A DNA stretch of 32,000 nucleotides. Source: Nitrosococcus oceani ATCC 19707. Lineage in GTDB: Bacteria > Pseudomonadota > Gammaproteobacteria > Nitrosococcales > Nitrosococcaceae. The stretch is taken from the NCBI RefSeq assembly GCF_000012805.1, contig NC_007484.1:2340001-2372000 (forward strand), given 5' to 3'. Positions 9,283 through 20,171 of the stretch are shown piece by piece. The notes below the pieces were generated by a model. It was not told the origin of the DNA. It saw only the letters and a list, made by a program, of their open reading frames with translations, and ran no database searches. The first letter of the stretch is position 1. Each line of letters opens with the position of its first letter. The position numbers and the translations under genes are program-made.

Positions 9283-10086
9283 ATGAATCCAATCGTCCCA
9301 GCGGTAGAACGCCCCATCGAAGACGTACAAGCAAAAGCCGACGAGCGGCAAATTGCTATCAACAAGGTGGGAATTAAAGATATTCGCCACCCCGTGCGAG
9401 TAAGCGACCGCAACGGTGGGGAACAACATACTGTGGCGAACTTCAATATGTATGTGGACTTACCCCACCATTTCAAAGGGACGCACATGTCCCGCTTCGT
9501 GGAAATCCTAAATCAGCATGAGCACGAGATCACCGTGCGCTCCTTTAGGGAGATGCTGCGGGAGATGAACCACCGCCTTCAAGCCGAGTCGGGGCACATT
9601 GAAATGGTTTTTCCTTACTTCGTAACCAAGCAAGCCCCTGTCTCGAAGGTACAGAGTTTGATGGACTATCAGGTCACCTTCATCGGTGAAATCAAGGGAG
9701 ATAAACCTCAAATAACGGTTAAAGTTGTGGTGCCTGTCACTAGTTTATGCCCCTGCTCCAAGCAAATTTCAGACTATGGCGCTCATAATCAGCGCTCCCA
9801 TGTAACTGTCGCCGTGCGGATAGAAGGCTTTATTTGGCTTGAAGATATCATTGATTTGGTAGAGGAGGAAGCTTCCTGCGAAATCTATGGCTTACTTAAA
9901 CGGCCCGATGAAAAATATGTGACTGAGCGCGCTTACGATAACCCAAAGTTTGTAGAAGATATGGTGCGTGACGTAGCCGCACGTCTTAACCAAGATGATC
10001 GCGTTTCCGCTTATAGGGTGGAGTCGGAAAACTTTGAATCTATTCATAATCATTCTGCCTATGCGATGATTGAACGGGAGAAGTAA
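9283..10086 (+). CDS. folE2: GTP cyclohydrolase I type 2 (FolE2 / GCYH-IB)
   Basis: 267-aa ORF with the FolE2-type motifs GTHMSRF and SLCPCSK...HNQRS. Its start lies 2 nt after the queD stop. Confidence 0.85.
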   Translation: MNPIVPAVERPIEDVQAKADERQIAINKVGIKDIRHPVRVSDRNGGEQHTVANFNMYVDLPHHFKGTHMSRFVEILNQHEHEITVRSFREMLREMNHRLQAESGHIEMVFPYFVTKQAPVSKVQSLMDYQVTFIGEIKGDKPQITVKVVVPVTSLCPCSKQISDYGAHNQRSHVTVAVRIEGFIWLEDIIDLVEEEASCEIYGLLKRPDEKYVTERAYDNPKFVEDMVRDVAARLNQDDRVSAYRVESENFESIHNHSAYAMIEREK

Positions 10087-10408
10087 CTTAGCCCAGCTTG
10101 CTAAGAGTGAAAAATTTTTTCATCTTGGCATCTAGCCACCCTCCTTCATCTTCCTGCCTGCTGAAGAAATCTCCCTCCTAACAGGAAGAAGCACATTTTC
10201 TAATGCCCGCCCCTTTACTATCCCACCCAATCAAAAGAAGAAGGATTCTGCTTTGAAGGAGAATTTAATATAATGGGCCAAACAATGGATACTGGCGACA
10301 GCAGACAGAGATAATAGTTATCAAGGCAAAGCGTGAATGCATAGCACTAACGAACACGGAGAAGCGAGAACGGAGTGCACCATCTCCCGCCGTTTTCCGC
10401 GCAATCAA

Positions 10409-11512
10409 ATGAATAAGCCTAAGGTGGTTGTGGGTCTATCCGGAGGGGTTGACTCCTCGGTTGCTGCCCTCCGGCTTCAGCAGCAAGGTTATCCCACAAG
10501 TGGCCTTTTCATGAAGAATTGGGTGGATTTTGCCGACGAATCCGAATGCACTGTTGCGCAAGATAGGGAAGACGCCCAAGCGGTGACCTCCCTGCTAGGG
10601 ATCTCCTTTCATGAAGCCAATTTCGCAATGGAATACTGGGATCGCGTATTCCACTACTTTCTGGAAGAATACCGCCTGGGCCGTACTCCCAATCCGGATA
10701 TTCTGTGTAACCGGGAAATTAAGTTCAAAACCTTCCTTGACCACGCTCTAGCGCTCGGCAATACTCTTATCGCTACGGGTCATTATGCCCGCATTGACCA
10801 GAAAGAAGGACGTTATCGTCTCCTTAAAGGACGGGATAAAAATAAGGATCAAAGTTATTTTTTGTATACTTTAGGGCAAAAACAACTTTCTCATACGCTG
10901 TTTCCGTTGGGAGAGTTGGAAAAGCCACAAGTCCGCCGAATTGCTATACAAGCCCGGCTTCCTAACCACAGCAAAAAAGATAGCACCGGAATCTGTTTTA
11001 TCGGAGAACGCCGTTTCAAGGAATTTCTCAGTCGCTATCTCCCCGCTCAGCCAGGTGAAATGCGCACCCCCGATAAGGAATGGATCGGCCAGCACGACGG
11101 GCTTATGTACTACACTTTAGGACAACGGCGGGGACTAGGCATTGGCGGCCGTAAAAATAGCAACGGCGCGCCCTGGTTCGTGGTGGGTAAAAACTTGCCA
11201 CAGAACACCCTCTATGTGGCCCAGGGCAGGCATCATCCTTGGCTGAAAAGCTTAATTCTGGAGGCTAATCAGCTCCATTGGGTAGCTGGCCACCCCCCAC
11301 CCCTGCCCTATTCCTGTACCGCCAAAATCCGCTACCGCCAGACCGATCAGCACTGCACCCTTACAGCAATAGCCAATGGCTATATCAAAGTCATTTTTAA
11401 TGCACCACAATATGCCGCCACTCCAGGACAAGCCATCGTCTTCTATCAGGACGATGAGTGCCTTGGTGGAGGCACCATTACTACCACGGACGCACTGGGG
11501 ATACAATCATGA
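10409..11512 (+). CDS. mnmA: tRNA 2-thiouridine(34) synthase
   Basis: It has the PP-loop [11 protein letters not shown] and the catalytic Cys contexts [13 protein letters not shown] and [10 protein letters not shown]. The start was moved to ATG 10409 ([13 protein letters not shown]). Confidence 0.9.
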   Translation: MNKPKVVVGLSGGVDSSVAALRLQQQGYPTSGLFMKNWVDFADESECTVAQDREDAQAVTSLLGISFHEANFAMEYWDRVFHYFLEEYRLGRTPNPDILCNREIKFKTFLDHALALGNTLIATGHYARIDQKEGRYRLLKGRDKNKDQSYFLYTLGQKQLSHTLFPLGELEKPQVRRIAIQARLPNHSKKDSTGICFIGERRFKEFLSRYLPAQPGEMRTPDKEWIGQHDGLMYYTLGQRRGLGIGGRKNSNGAPWFVVGKNLPQNTLYVAQGRHHPWLKSLILEANQLHWVAGHPPPLPYSCTAKIRYRQTDQHCTLTAIANGYIKVIFNAPQYAATPGQAIVFYQDDECLGGGTITTTDALGIQS

Positions 11513-12150
11513 GCAACGTTTGGCATAATCGAACGCTGGCTTTAGCCGGCATCATACAAGCCCTAAACTCAGTTCAACAAATCGCGCGCCAGGGCAATGC
11601 CCCCATCGATACGGTAGCCGCCAGCTTGGCCAGCGTCTTTAAGATGAATCCAAAAAGCGCGGAAGATGTCTACGGCAATATCGAAGGAGTCAGTGTTGGA
11701 TTGCAAGTCTTGAACCAGCAACTTAATAGAAAATCTTACCGTACCGATCCTGAATTGCTGCGCTACCTCACCAATATCATGTATCTGGAGCAACGGCTAA
11801 AAAAACGCCCCAGGATACTGGCACAGATCGCCGATCAAATTAAACACATCGAGCCACAAACGGAGGAACTCTCTCCGGCGGATCCCCTCATTATCGCCCG
11901 CCTCGCCGACACTTACGTTAACACTATCAGCACTCTGACGCCAAGAATCCAAATTCGAGGTGAAGAAACCCATCTCCGGCAGCCGGAGAATATTGAGCGA
12001 GTCCGCGCACTGCTGCTGGCGGCCATCCGATCAGCCGTGCTTTGGCGACAGATGGGGGGGACTCGCCTCCATTTACTGTTCCAGGGCCGTCAATTGCTAT
12101 ACGAAACGCACACCCTCCTAAAACGCATACCTCGAGCAGGTGCGGCATAG
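11509..12150 (+). CDS. hflD: High-frequency-of-lysogenization protein HflD homologue
   Basis: The N-terminus [22 protein letters not shown] resembles E. coli HflD. The gene sits in the conserved position downstream of mnmA. ATG 11509 overlaps the mnmA stop (ATGA). Confidence 0.8.
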   Translation: MSNVWHNRTLALAGIIQALNSVQQIARQGNAPIDTVAASLASVFKMNPKSAEDVYGNIEGVSVGLQVLNQQLNRKSYRTDPELLRYLTNIMYLEQRLKKRPRILAQIADQIKHIEPQTEELSPADPLIIARLADTYVNTISTLTPRIQIRGEETHLRQPENIERVRALLLAAIRSAVLWRQMGGTRLHLLFQGRQLLYETHTLLKRIPRAGAA

Positions 12151-12195
12151 ACCTCTCATTAGATCCCCTATCGGATAACTTCCTCCCTAGTCCCT

Positions 12196-12213
12196 GGAAG
12201 GCGATAGCCTTCC
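12196..12213. terminator. Hairpin between the convergent hflD and ompA-like genes
   Basis: GGAAGGC-GATA-GCCTTCC, a 7-bp perfect stem. There is no strong T-run on either side. Confidence 0.3.
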
Positions 12214-12259
12214 ATTCTGGGGGGGCATACTAAGGACAGGTAGAGAATAAAGGCAATCT

Positions 12260-13120
12260 TCAACCCGGGCGTTGGTACTCTTCAGCCTGCTTTCCAGCAC
12301 CGAGTATCACGATTTCCACGCGACGATTTTTCTGGCGGCCCGCAGTGGTATTATTAGGCGCCACTGGATAACCTTGGCCATAACCATGGGCCACAATACG
12401 GTCCGGCGCAATCCCATTGTTCACGAGAAACAGATACACTGAATCGGCACGTCGTTGGGAGAGTTCCATATTATAAACCGCCGAACCAGTGCTATCTGTA
12501 TGCCCCTCAACGACTACCTCCCGGTCAGGATATTCTTTCAAAAAAGTAACCAAGCGAAACAGATTCTGCATTCCACCGGAGGTTAGTTCGGCACTATCTA
12601 CTTCAAATAAAATATCCCCCAAGGTAAGCACATATCCGCGCTCGGTTTTTTCGGCGTTAAGCTCAGCAAGTCTCTTTTCCAGCTTATCCGCTCGAATTTC
12701 TGCCATCTTGGCTTGTTCTTTAGCCTGCCTCGCCTCAAGTTCATGCACATCCATTAGCATTTGCTGACGCTCCTGGCCCAGGTTCTTGATCTCAGCCTGA
12801 GCGGCTTTGTCTGCTGCCGCCACTTCTGCAATGGCAGCGCGCTGCTGCGCCAAATAGGCAAGGTGTTCTACTTCTTCGACACTCTCGTCTTCCTCCCAAG
12901 CAACCTGGGCCCGCTGTAAGGCTTCCTTAGCTTCGTCCAATCTAACCGGAGCGTATTGTGCGACATTGGAATCTGCCTGAGCCTGTTCAATAGCGGCATC
13001 GGCACGTTCCAGATCAACCGGCTTAGTAGGCGGGGCGCATGCCGCAACCAGAAAAACCGAGAAGAAACCTAACACCAATATGCCCTTGTTCACCCCATTC
13101 CTGAAAAAAGAGACTTTCAT
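12260..13120 (-). CDS. OmpA-family lipoprotein with N-terminal DUF4398 / coiled coil
   Basis: The lipobox is FLVAAC. A DUF4398-like QYAPVxLxxAxxAL segment and a coiled coil precede a C-terminal OmpA domain (VEGHTDSTGSAVYNMELSQRRADSV...NRRVEI). The start was set at ATG 13120, preceded by AAGGGAGG. Confidence 0.8.
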   Translation of the reverse strand: MKVSFFRNGVNKGILVLGFFSVFLVAACAPPTKPVDLERADAAIEQAQADSNVAQYAPVRLDEAKEALQRAQVAWEEDESVEEVEHLAYLAQQRAAIAEVAAADKAAQAEIKNLGQERQQMLMDVHELEARQAKEQAKMAEIRADKLEKRLAELNAEKTERGYVLTLGDILFEVDSAELTSGGMQNLFRLVTFLKEYPDREVVVEGHTDSTGSAVYNMELSQRRADSVYLFLVNNGIAPDRIVAHGYGQGYPVAPNNTTAGRQKNRRVEIVILGAGKQAEEYQRPG

Positions 13121-13145
13121 TCTTTTACCTCCCTTTATCATTAAT

Positions 13146-13538
13146 TCAAGGATTGCCGCTACGCTTATTTAATTCGCGGCGTAGAATTTCAATGCTCTTA
13201 CGCAGCTCCTCCACCCCCTGGCGCTGAATCTCTGCCCGGGCTTTAACCTCCGCAAACTGGGCATCGACAAGGGCTTGTTCAGCGAGGCGGCGTGCTTTCT
13301 CATAATTTTCATCAACCATTGCGCTTTCAGCCGCTTTTAATTTTTTACGGGCGCTGCGTAGCTCTGCTGGCGCATACTGGGGGGCTTCTGCTTCTTGAGC
13401 TTCGCCCACGGCAAACGTGGCTTCTGCAATTTCCCCCCGGGGTGGCGGTACACTGGCGCAACCACCCAATACCCCTAAGCCCGCTGCTATCATCGAAATT
13501 CCCAATAACTTTATTAAGCTTGTTTGTAGTGGGGGCAT
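13146..13538 (-). CDS. DUF4398 domain lipoprotein
   Basis: 130-aa ORF with lipobox VLGGC and a PQYAPAELRSARKKLKAAE helical DUF4398-like segment. An AAGGAGGAG SD precedes the ATG. It lies 25 nt upstream of the ompA-like start (13120). Confidence 0.7.
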   Translation of the reverse strand: MPPLQTSLIKLLGISMIAAGLGVLGGCASVPPPRGEIAEATFAVGEAQEAEAPQYAPAELRSARKKLKAAESAMVDENYEKARRLAEQALVDAQFAEVKARAEIQRQGVEELRKSIEILRRELNKRSGNP

Positions 13539-13852
13539 AACTCCTCCTTAGTCATTACTGAAAATAGGGCAACACAATTAAAGCATAGCTTATGCTGCCT
13601 AGCTTCCAAGTCAATAAAAGGCAAATATCCCCTGCTTTGCCAACGGATATTAGCTGGTTGACGCACTTCAACCTCACATACGTTTTGCATAGTAGCCCCA
13701 GCCAACTATGCGCGCCACCAAAGTTACTCCACTATATAAGCATAGGCATACGGAATGAACGATATCCCTCCCCCTCGCCGCGGAGGGCCTTGTCTCTGAA
13801 ACCTATACTTTGCCCTAATTCATCCAGGCCGCTAATCAAATTGATTTGATCA

Positions 13853-14065
13853 TTATGGTTCCCTTGTGAGACTCATGATTTCGTCGGTTGACATGTTTGC
13901 TGCGGCTATTCCTCTCAGCTTTCTAAATTTTTTTGGACCATCCGCTTTAGCTATATAAAACCTTCCGTTGTCTTCTATAAAATCAATGTCAGTTTCAGGG
14001 GTTATGCCTAAAGTTTCTCTTACATTTCTAGGGATTGTGACTTGCCCTTTTGCAGTGACAGTCAT
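13853..14065 (-). CDS. AbrB/MazE/SpoVT-family antitoxin-like DNA-binding protein (orphan)
   Basis: MTVTAKGQVTIPRNVRETLGI is the SpoVT-AbrB swapped-hairpin motif. The start was moved to ATG 14065. No intact toxin ORF lies on either side. Confidence 0.7.
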   Translation of the reverse strand: MTVTAKGQVTIPRNVRETLGITPETDIDFIEDNGRFYIAKADGPKKFRKLRGIAAANMSTDEIMSLTREP

Positions 14066-14327
14066 GGTTTTCAGGCTCCAATAGCAAAAGTAATCCCACA
14101 AAATAGTATTACTTGAAATTAATTTACAATTCTTTTTTTATGATGGTGGTACTTTTTGCAGCTAACGGGACGAGTTGAGGGCCACAGCCAACTTGGAAAA
14201 ATTGAGCGCATAATAGTGGATGTTATTCTTTTCTCGCCGTGCGACCCCGAAGTTTTTTCATAGATCGCTGGCGCTCATTTTTTCCAACCAAGGGGGCGAA
14301 GCTGCGACCGTCCAAGCAGTGACCTTA

Positions 14328-14362
14328 GATAGGGGTTCGTCGGCGCGAAGCGCCGACCTATC
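14328..14362 (-). terminator. GC-rich hairpin downstream of the 14439-15035 gene
   Basis: GTCGGCGC-GAA-GCGCCGAC (14339-14357) is extended by GATAG/CTATC outer pairing. It lies about 80 nt after the stop and has no T-run, so its terminator function is uncertain. Confidence 0.3.
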
Positions 14363-14438
14363 GTTCACCACAACCGGCAGCCAAAAGTGGCGCGATGAGA
14401 AGGAGCGATGCTTTTGGCTGTCCGCGTTCATAGCATTG

Positions 14439-15035
14439 TTAGGAGTCGATTTGCGTGATGTCATCTTGCAATAACCCGAACCCGGCCAGCAACTTTGCAT
14501 GATGGCCTTCATTTGTTTGACTGAATAGCAAACGATGCGGCTTATAGTCATCTAGCCAGATGAACAAATCGATTCTTCGCTTCTCTTCCCGAATTCGGCC
14601 GTGCGAGAATTGGCGATAAATCGGGTGGGCCGCTCCGTTTTCCGCATAGAAGTTGCCGGTCACTACCGCAAGCACGTCATTGAACCCGCACATCTCATCG
14701 TGATTCACAAGAGCAAGCACGTTCGGTACTTCCCACTCTCCATTCACGGCGTCGAATTGGCTTATTGCCTGGTGAACGTCCGAAGCAAGGCGGTTAAATA
14801 TCAGATCATTCCTTGAACCGCCGACCAGTTGCCCAGCTTCTGCGTTCTCCAGCTGCTCATCAAGCCAACGACTTTCCTGACTTGATTTCACCTCGCAAAA
14901 GAATTGAAGGTCGCCATTTAGCAGCACCCGGAAGTCAGGGGTTTTGCCGGCACGAATCTCTTGCTTGGTAAAGCGTTCTGGTGCGAGCCCCTTGCTTTCC
15001 AGGAAATCCTTGACCCTCACTTCGCCGGCATCCAT
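14439..15035 (-). CDS. Hypothetical protein with N-terminal PD-(D/E)xK nuclease-like motif
   Basis: 198-aa ORF with an AGGAG SD. The N-terminal 50 aa read E..VKDFLESKGL...GKTPDFRV(11 aa)FFCEVKS, i.e. acidic helix, P-D, then E-x-K. The rest is unassignable by eye. Confidence 0.5.
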   Translation of the reverse strand: MDAGEVRVKDFLESKGLAPERFTKQEIRAGKTPDFRVLLNGDLQFFCEVKSSQESRWLDEQLENAEAGQLVGGSRNDLIFNRLASDVHQAISQFDAVNGEWEVPNVLALVNHDEMCGFNDVLAVVTGNFYAENGAAHPIYRQFSHGRIREEKRRIDLFIWLDDYKPHRLLFSQTNEGHHAKLLAGFGLLQDDITQIDS

Positions 15036-15174
15036 CTTCGACTCCTAACTATAAATAGACGCCCTAAAAGGCGTAAAAAATCACACCCCAGAGAGGTATA
15101 ATAAAGTCTCTAGCTTAGTTTTGTCCTGAAGTAACAACCAACTACCGCATTCCTTCCCAAAAAGCCCCCCCACC

Positions 15175-16176
15175 CTAACCCTCATCGTCCCTGATTTTTA
15201 CCACCGTTCTTCCCCGATGAGCTCCCGCCAGCATGCCTTCAAAAATGGGTAATAATTCCTCCAGGGAAACCATTCCGGTGACAATTTGATTAAGGTGCCT
15301 AGGCCGCAAATCGGTGGCTAACCGTTGCCAAATATGCTGGCGCAAGGGCATGGGACAGTCCGCGGAAGAAATCCCCAACAGGCTCACGCCCCGCAGAATA
15401 AAAGGCATAACCGTGGTGTGCAGCTCACTCCCCCCCGCTAGACCAATACTGGCGATGTTGCCCCAGGGCAGCACAGTCCGGGTAAGCCAACTCAGCATAT
15501 CTCCTCCGACGACATCCACGGCCCCGCCCCATTGCCCTTTTTCCAGGGGACGTTGGCCCATTTCTAATTCTTGTCGAAATAAGATTTGGCTTGCGCCCAA
15601 GGTTTTTAAATCTTCCACTGCCTCCCGCTTACCGGTCAGAGCCACCACCGGGTAACCGAGCCCGGCCAGCATATTGATGGCCAGATTCCCCACGCCGCCT
15701 GTCGCCCCCGTGACCAGGACGAGACCTCGATCCGGTCGCTGCCCATTGTCCTCCATCCGCTGGATGGCTAGGGCAGCGGTAAAGCCCGCGGTCCCCAACG
15801 CCATGGCGTCATACAGGCTTAAGCCCTCCGGCAAAGGCACCACCCAGTCCGCCGGCACCCGAACATAGCCGGCATAACCTCCGTCATGATCACTGCCTAA
15901 CCCATAGCCAGTGACCAACACCTTGTCCCCCGGACGACAGCGGGGATCGGTCGAACTCTCCACCACGCCTGAAACATCAATGCCGCCCACCAGGGGGAAA
16001 CGCTGCATAATCTTACCCTTGCCGGTGGCCGCCAAGGCATCCTTGTAATTAACGCTGGAATAATAAGCCCGGATCACCACCGAACCGGGGGAAAGATCCT
16101 CTAAATGCAGGGTTTCTAAGCGAGCCTGGATCCCCTCCTTCTCCCGGTCAATGCGCAGACCCCGAAAAGATTCCAT
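15175..16176 (-). CDS. acuI: Acrylyl-CoA reductase / YhdH-family NADPH-dependent MDR oxidoreductase
   Basis: It has the YSSVNYKDALA, GTAGFTAALA and VTGATGGVGNLA motifs of the YhdH/AcuI subfamily. The start was set at ATG 16176, preceded by AAGGAGG, not at the maximal ORF start 16260. Confidence 0.85.
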   Translation of the reverse strand: MESFRGLRIDREKEGIQARLETLHLEDLSPGSVVIRAYYSSVNYKDALAATGKGKIMQRFPLVGGIDVSGVVESSTDPRCRPGDKVLVTGYGLGSDHDGGYAGYVRVPADWVVPLPEGLSLYDAMALGTAGFTAALAIQRMEDNGQRPDRGLVLVTGATGGVGNLAINMLAGLGYPVVALTGKREAVEDLKTLGASQILFRQELEMGQRPLEKGQWGGAVDVVGGDMLSWLTRTVLPWGNIASIGLAGGSELHTTVMPFILRGVSLLGISSADCPMPLRQHIWQRLATDLRPRHLNQIVTGMVSLEELLPIFEGMLAGAHRGRTVVKIRDDEG

Positions 16177-16195
16177 GGAAATGCCTCCTTTTGCT

Positions 16196-18151
<1,956 letters not shown>

Positions 18152-18170
18152 GGGTATCCTCTGGCAAATA

Positions 18171-18190
18171 GCCGGGCTTATGCCCGGTTT
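18171..18190 (+). other. Hairpin plus T4 in the leader region of the AACS gene
   Basis: CCGGGC-TTAT-GCCCGG followed by TTTT on the plus strand. It lies 20-39 nt upstream of the minus-strand AACS start codon. No plus-strand gene precedes it. Confidence 0.3.
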
Positions 18191-18522
18191 TAATCTCTAC
18201 CTTAATCCCTATATAGATTATAAAACCCAGGATAGGTAGCCTATTATTGCTTCAAAAAAAGCTCTCCTCCCACTTGCCTGCTATCAACAACTAAAAATCT
18301 TTTCAGGTGTTAACTGTAAAAGGGTAATTGACAGCGGGATGGCTTATACTGGAATCAAGGCAAATTGCCAAAAAATAAATGGTCACGTTGGTTACAGCAA
18401 ACCTAAAAAAAATTGCTTCATTTTCCAGTTGCGGGCACAGACAGTTAGCGTTGATTTGGAAGTATTTCACATGCAGCGTTAGCCGGAATGAATCTATTTT
18501 TAACTTTTTAGATGATTTTCCG

Positions 18523-19006
18523 ATGAACAATATCATTCCACGTTTGAAGCAGGAAATTCTGACAATCATTCCTCCTACTATATTTTTCTTCGCCACATTT
18601 CAACTAATCGCTTTTACGCGAGCACTTATGCTCGAAGATATGGTATCCAAGTTTCAACTTTCATCACGGCAAGTATCGCCGCACTCATTGTTTCCAAGTC
18701 TGCTATCATTTGTAAACCGGTTCCCAGAGAAACCCCTTATTTACAATGTGGTGTGGAAAACAGCAATTTATATAACCGCTACCTTTATCGTCCGCTATGT
18801 TGAGCATCTTATTCCCTTCATTCGTAAACATGGCGATCTTGTCCTCGCTATCGCAATCTACTCAATGAAGTCGTATGGCCCCATTTCTAGGCTGTTCATA
18901 TATGGCTATTTGTTTTTTCTTCGTATACTGTGCCATACGAGAACTGGTCCGAACCCTCGGAAAAGAGCGAATACGCTCCATGTTTTTTGGCCCTCTTCCA
19001 CGATGA
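18523..19006 (+). pseudogene. Conserved membrane protein gene, multiply frameshifted
   Basis: The sensible sequence hops between frames. It reads MNNIIPRLKQEILTIIPPTIFFFATFQLIAFTRALMLE, then (other frame) YGIQVSTFITASIAALIVSKSAII, then FVNRFPEKPLIYNVVWKTAIYITATFIVRYVEHLIPFIRKHGDLV, then NLLNEVVWPHF-TAG-AVHIWLFVF, then VYCAIRELVRTLGKERIRSMFFGPLPR*. Confidence 0.6.
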
Positions 19007-19223
19007 TTATGATAAATGCCAATACCTGCTCGATTCAGTGGAATAATGGTTATCTATAAAGGTAATAAGTCACGATACAATAACAATGATAACGTGATAC
19101 TGGATAACAGAAACAGATATGAGGTGCGCGTGGTGACCGTGACCTCTCATTACGGCGCAGGGGATAAGGTTAACGATGTTTATAAATATAGGGTTCTGAA
19201 TTTGGCAGCATTAGCTAAACAGC

Positions 19224-19255
19224 AAAACCCCCGCTAGCCGAAACTGACGGGGGTC
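19224..19255 (-). terminator. Rho-independent terminator of the secreted-protein gene
   Basis: On the minus strand, CCCCCG-(14 nt)-CGGGGG is followed by TTTTGCTGTTT. It begins about 25 nt after the stop at 19281. Confidence 0.5.
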
Positions 19256-19280
19256 CGTCTATGTTTAATGATTAATCTTC

Positions 19281-20171
19281 TCAGAACTTCACGGCATCTA
19301 GCGCCTTGTTGATAGCCCCAATATCCATGCTGCGCTTCATTTCTGCGTAAATCGCATCCAGTTCTGCTGAGTCATCTTTCTCTTGATGGGCGCTCTTAGT
19401 GCTAACATCCGAGCTATTAGCGTTGCGGTTACCAAGAAAAAGCAAACCATGGTCCAATATATCGCTCACAGCATCCCCGCCGTCTTTGCTGTTGTTGAAG
19501 ATAAGCGTTAATCCCACAATGCGGTTAAGCCCTCTAAACCGATAAATTGCCATCATATATTCGCTTTCATTAACGCTTGTTATGCTCAAATACTGGCCAT
19601 CTCCTATATGCTCGGCAAGCGTTAAGGTGTTGCTGTTAAATGCCCTTCTTCCCCATACCCGGCCATCATCCTTAATGCTCGTGTAGGAAACAAAATCAGA
19701 TATACCCATCCCGGCAACGACGGGAGCCAGTATTGACACACTCCACACGCCTAGCATTTTGTGGGTATCATCGCCATAGCCGTAATTCATCCTGTAAATA
19801 TCACTCGATGAACCATCGATTGTGATGGTTCCATGCCCGTCGTCACTAAAGTGGAAAGTAGCGAGCCTGCCAGTCCCCGCCGTGAACGGCTTCGTGTAGG
19901 CGCACTGCAATCAAGGCCCGCCGGTTGAGCGCATGAGTTCAACCGTTGTCTGGTTATTTGAGTTCACGATACCGCTACCAGACACCCAGGTAGGATTGCC
20001 GCCATCGTCATATATGAAACCAGAGGCGAACATGGTGCCATTTTGAAATTCCAGGCTCCAGCCTGTGCCGGACGTTTGCTGATTCCACCACCAGCCATTC
20101 TCGGGTGTGGCACCAAGAGCAGAGGAGGAAATAAGAGCGGTGGCGACAGTCAAAGTAACAAATTTATTCAT
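19281..20171 (-). pseudogene. Secreted hypothetical protein interrupted by one in-frame TGA
   Basis: The signal peptide is MNKFVTLTVATALISSSALG. It is followed by GWWWNQQTSGTGWSLEFQNGTMFASGFIYDDGGNPTWVSGSG. The ORFs 19911-20171 and 19281-19910 are in the same frame, separated only by TGA at 19911-19913 (...STGGP-TGA-LQCAYTKPF...). Confidence 0.6.

Noticed and set aside
10149-10189. 8-bp inverted repeat TCTTCCTG...CAGGAAGA with a 25-nt loop upstream of mnmA
   Set aside because: It has a long loop and no flanking T-run or recognisable motif. It could be chance in a 320-nt spacer.
10273-10314. 13-codon mini-ORF (MGQTMDTGDSRQR) with an upstream AAGGAG in the mnmA leader
   Set aside because: The SD spacing is long, and the ATG overlaps a TATAAT (10269-10274) that is more simply the mnmA -10 element. 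There is no leader-peptide logic for mnmA.
12151-12259. Absence of purB after mnmA-hflD as a sign of an insertion
   Set aside because: The convergent ompA-like gene abuts with only a 109-nt spacer and a hairpin. There are no repeats or mobile-element traces. This is probably ordinary lineage-specific synteny.
13540-13852. Decayed toxin gene downstream of the AbrB-type antitoxin
   Set aside because: All three minus-strand frames are full of stops. The overlapping ATGA start yields only MIKSI*. No PIN, MazF or Doc-like motif is recognisable.
19860-19913. Selenocysteine recoding of the in-frame TGA at 19911-19913
   Set aside because: The RNA downstream of the UGA can only form a weak, interrupted stem (CGCC...GGCG with internal mismatches and an AAGC loop). 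It does not look like a bacterial SECIS. The local peptide context (GGP-x-LQC) gives no redox-motif support, and no sel genes are in the window.
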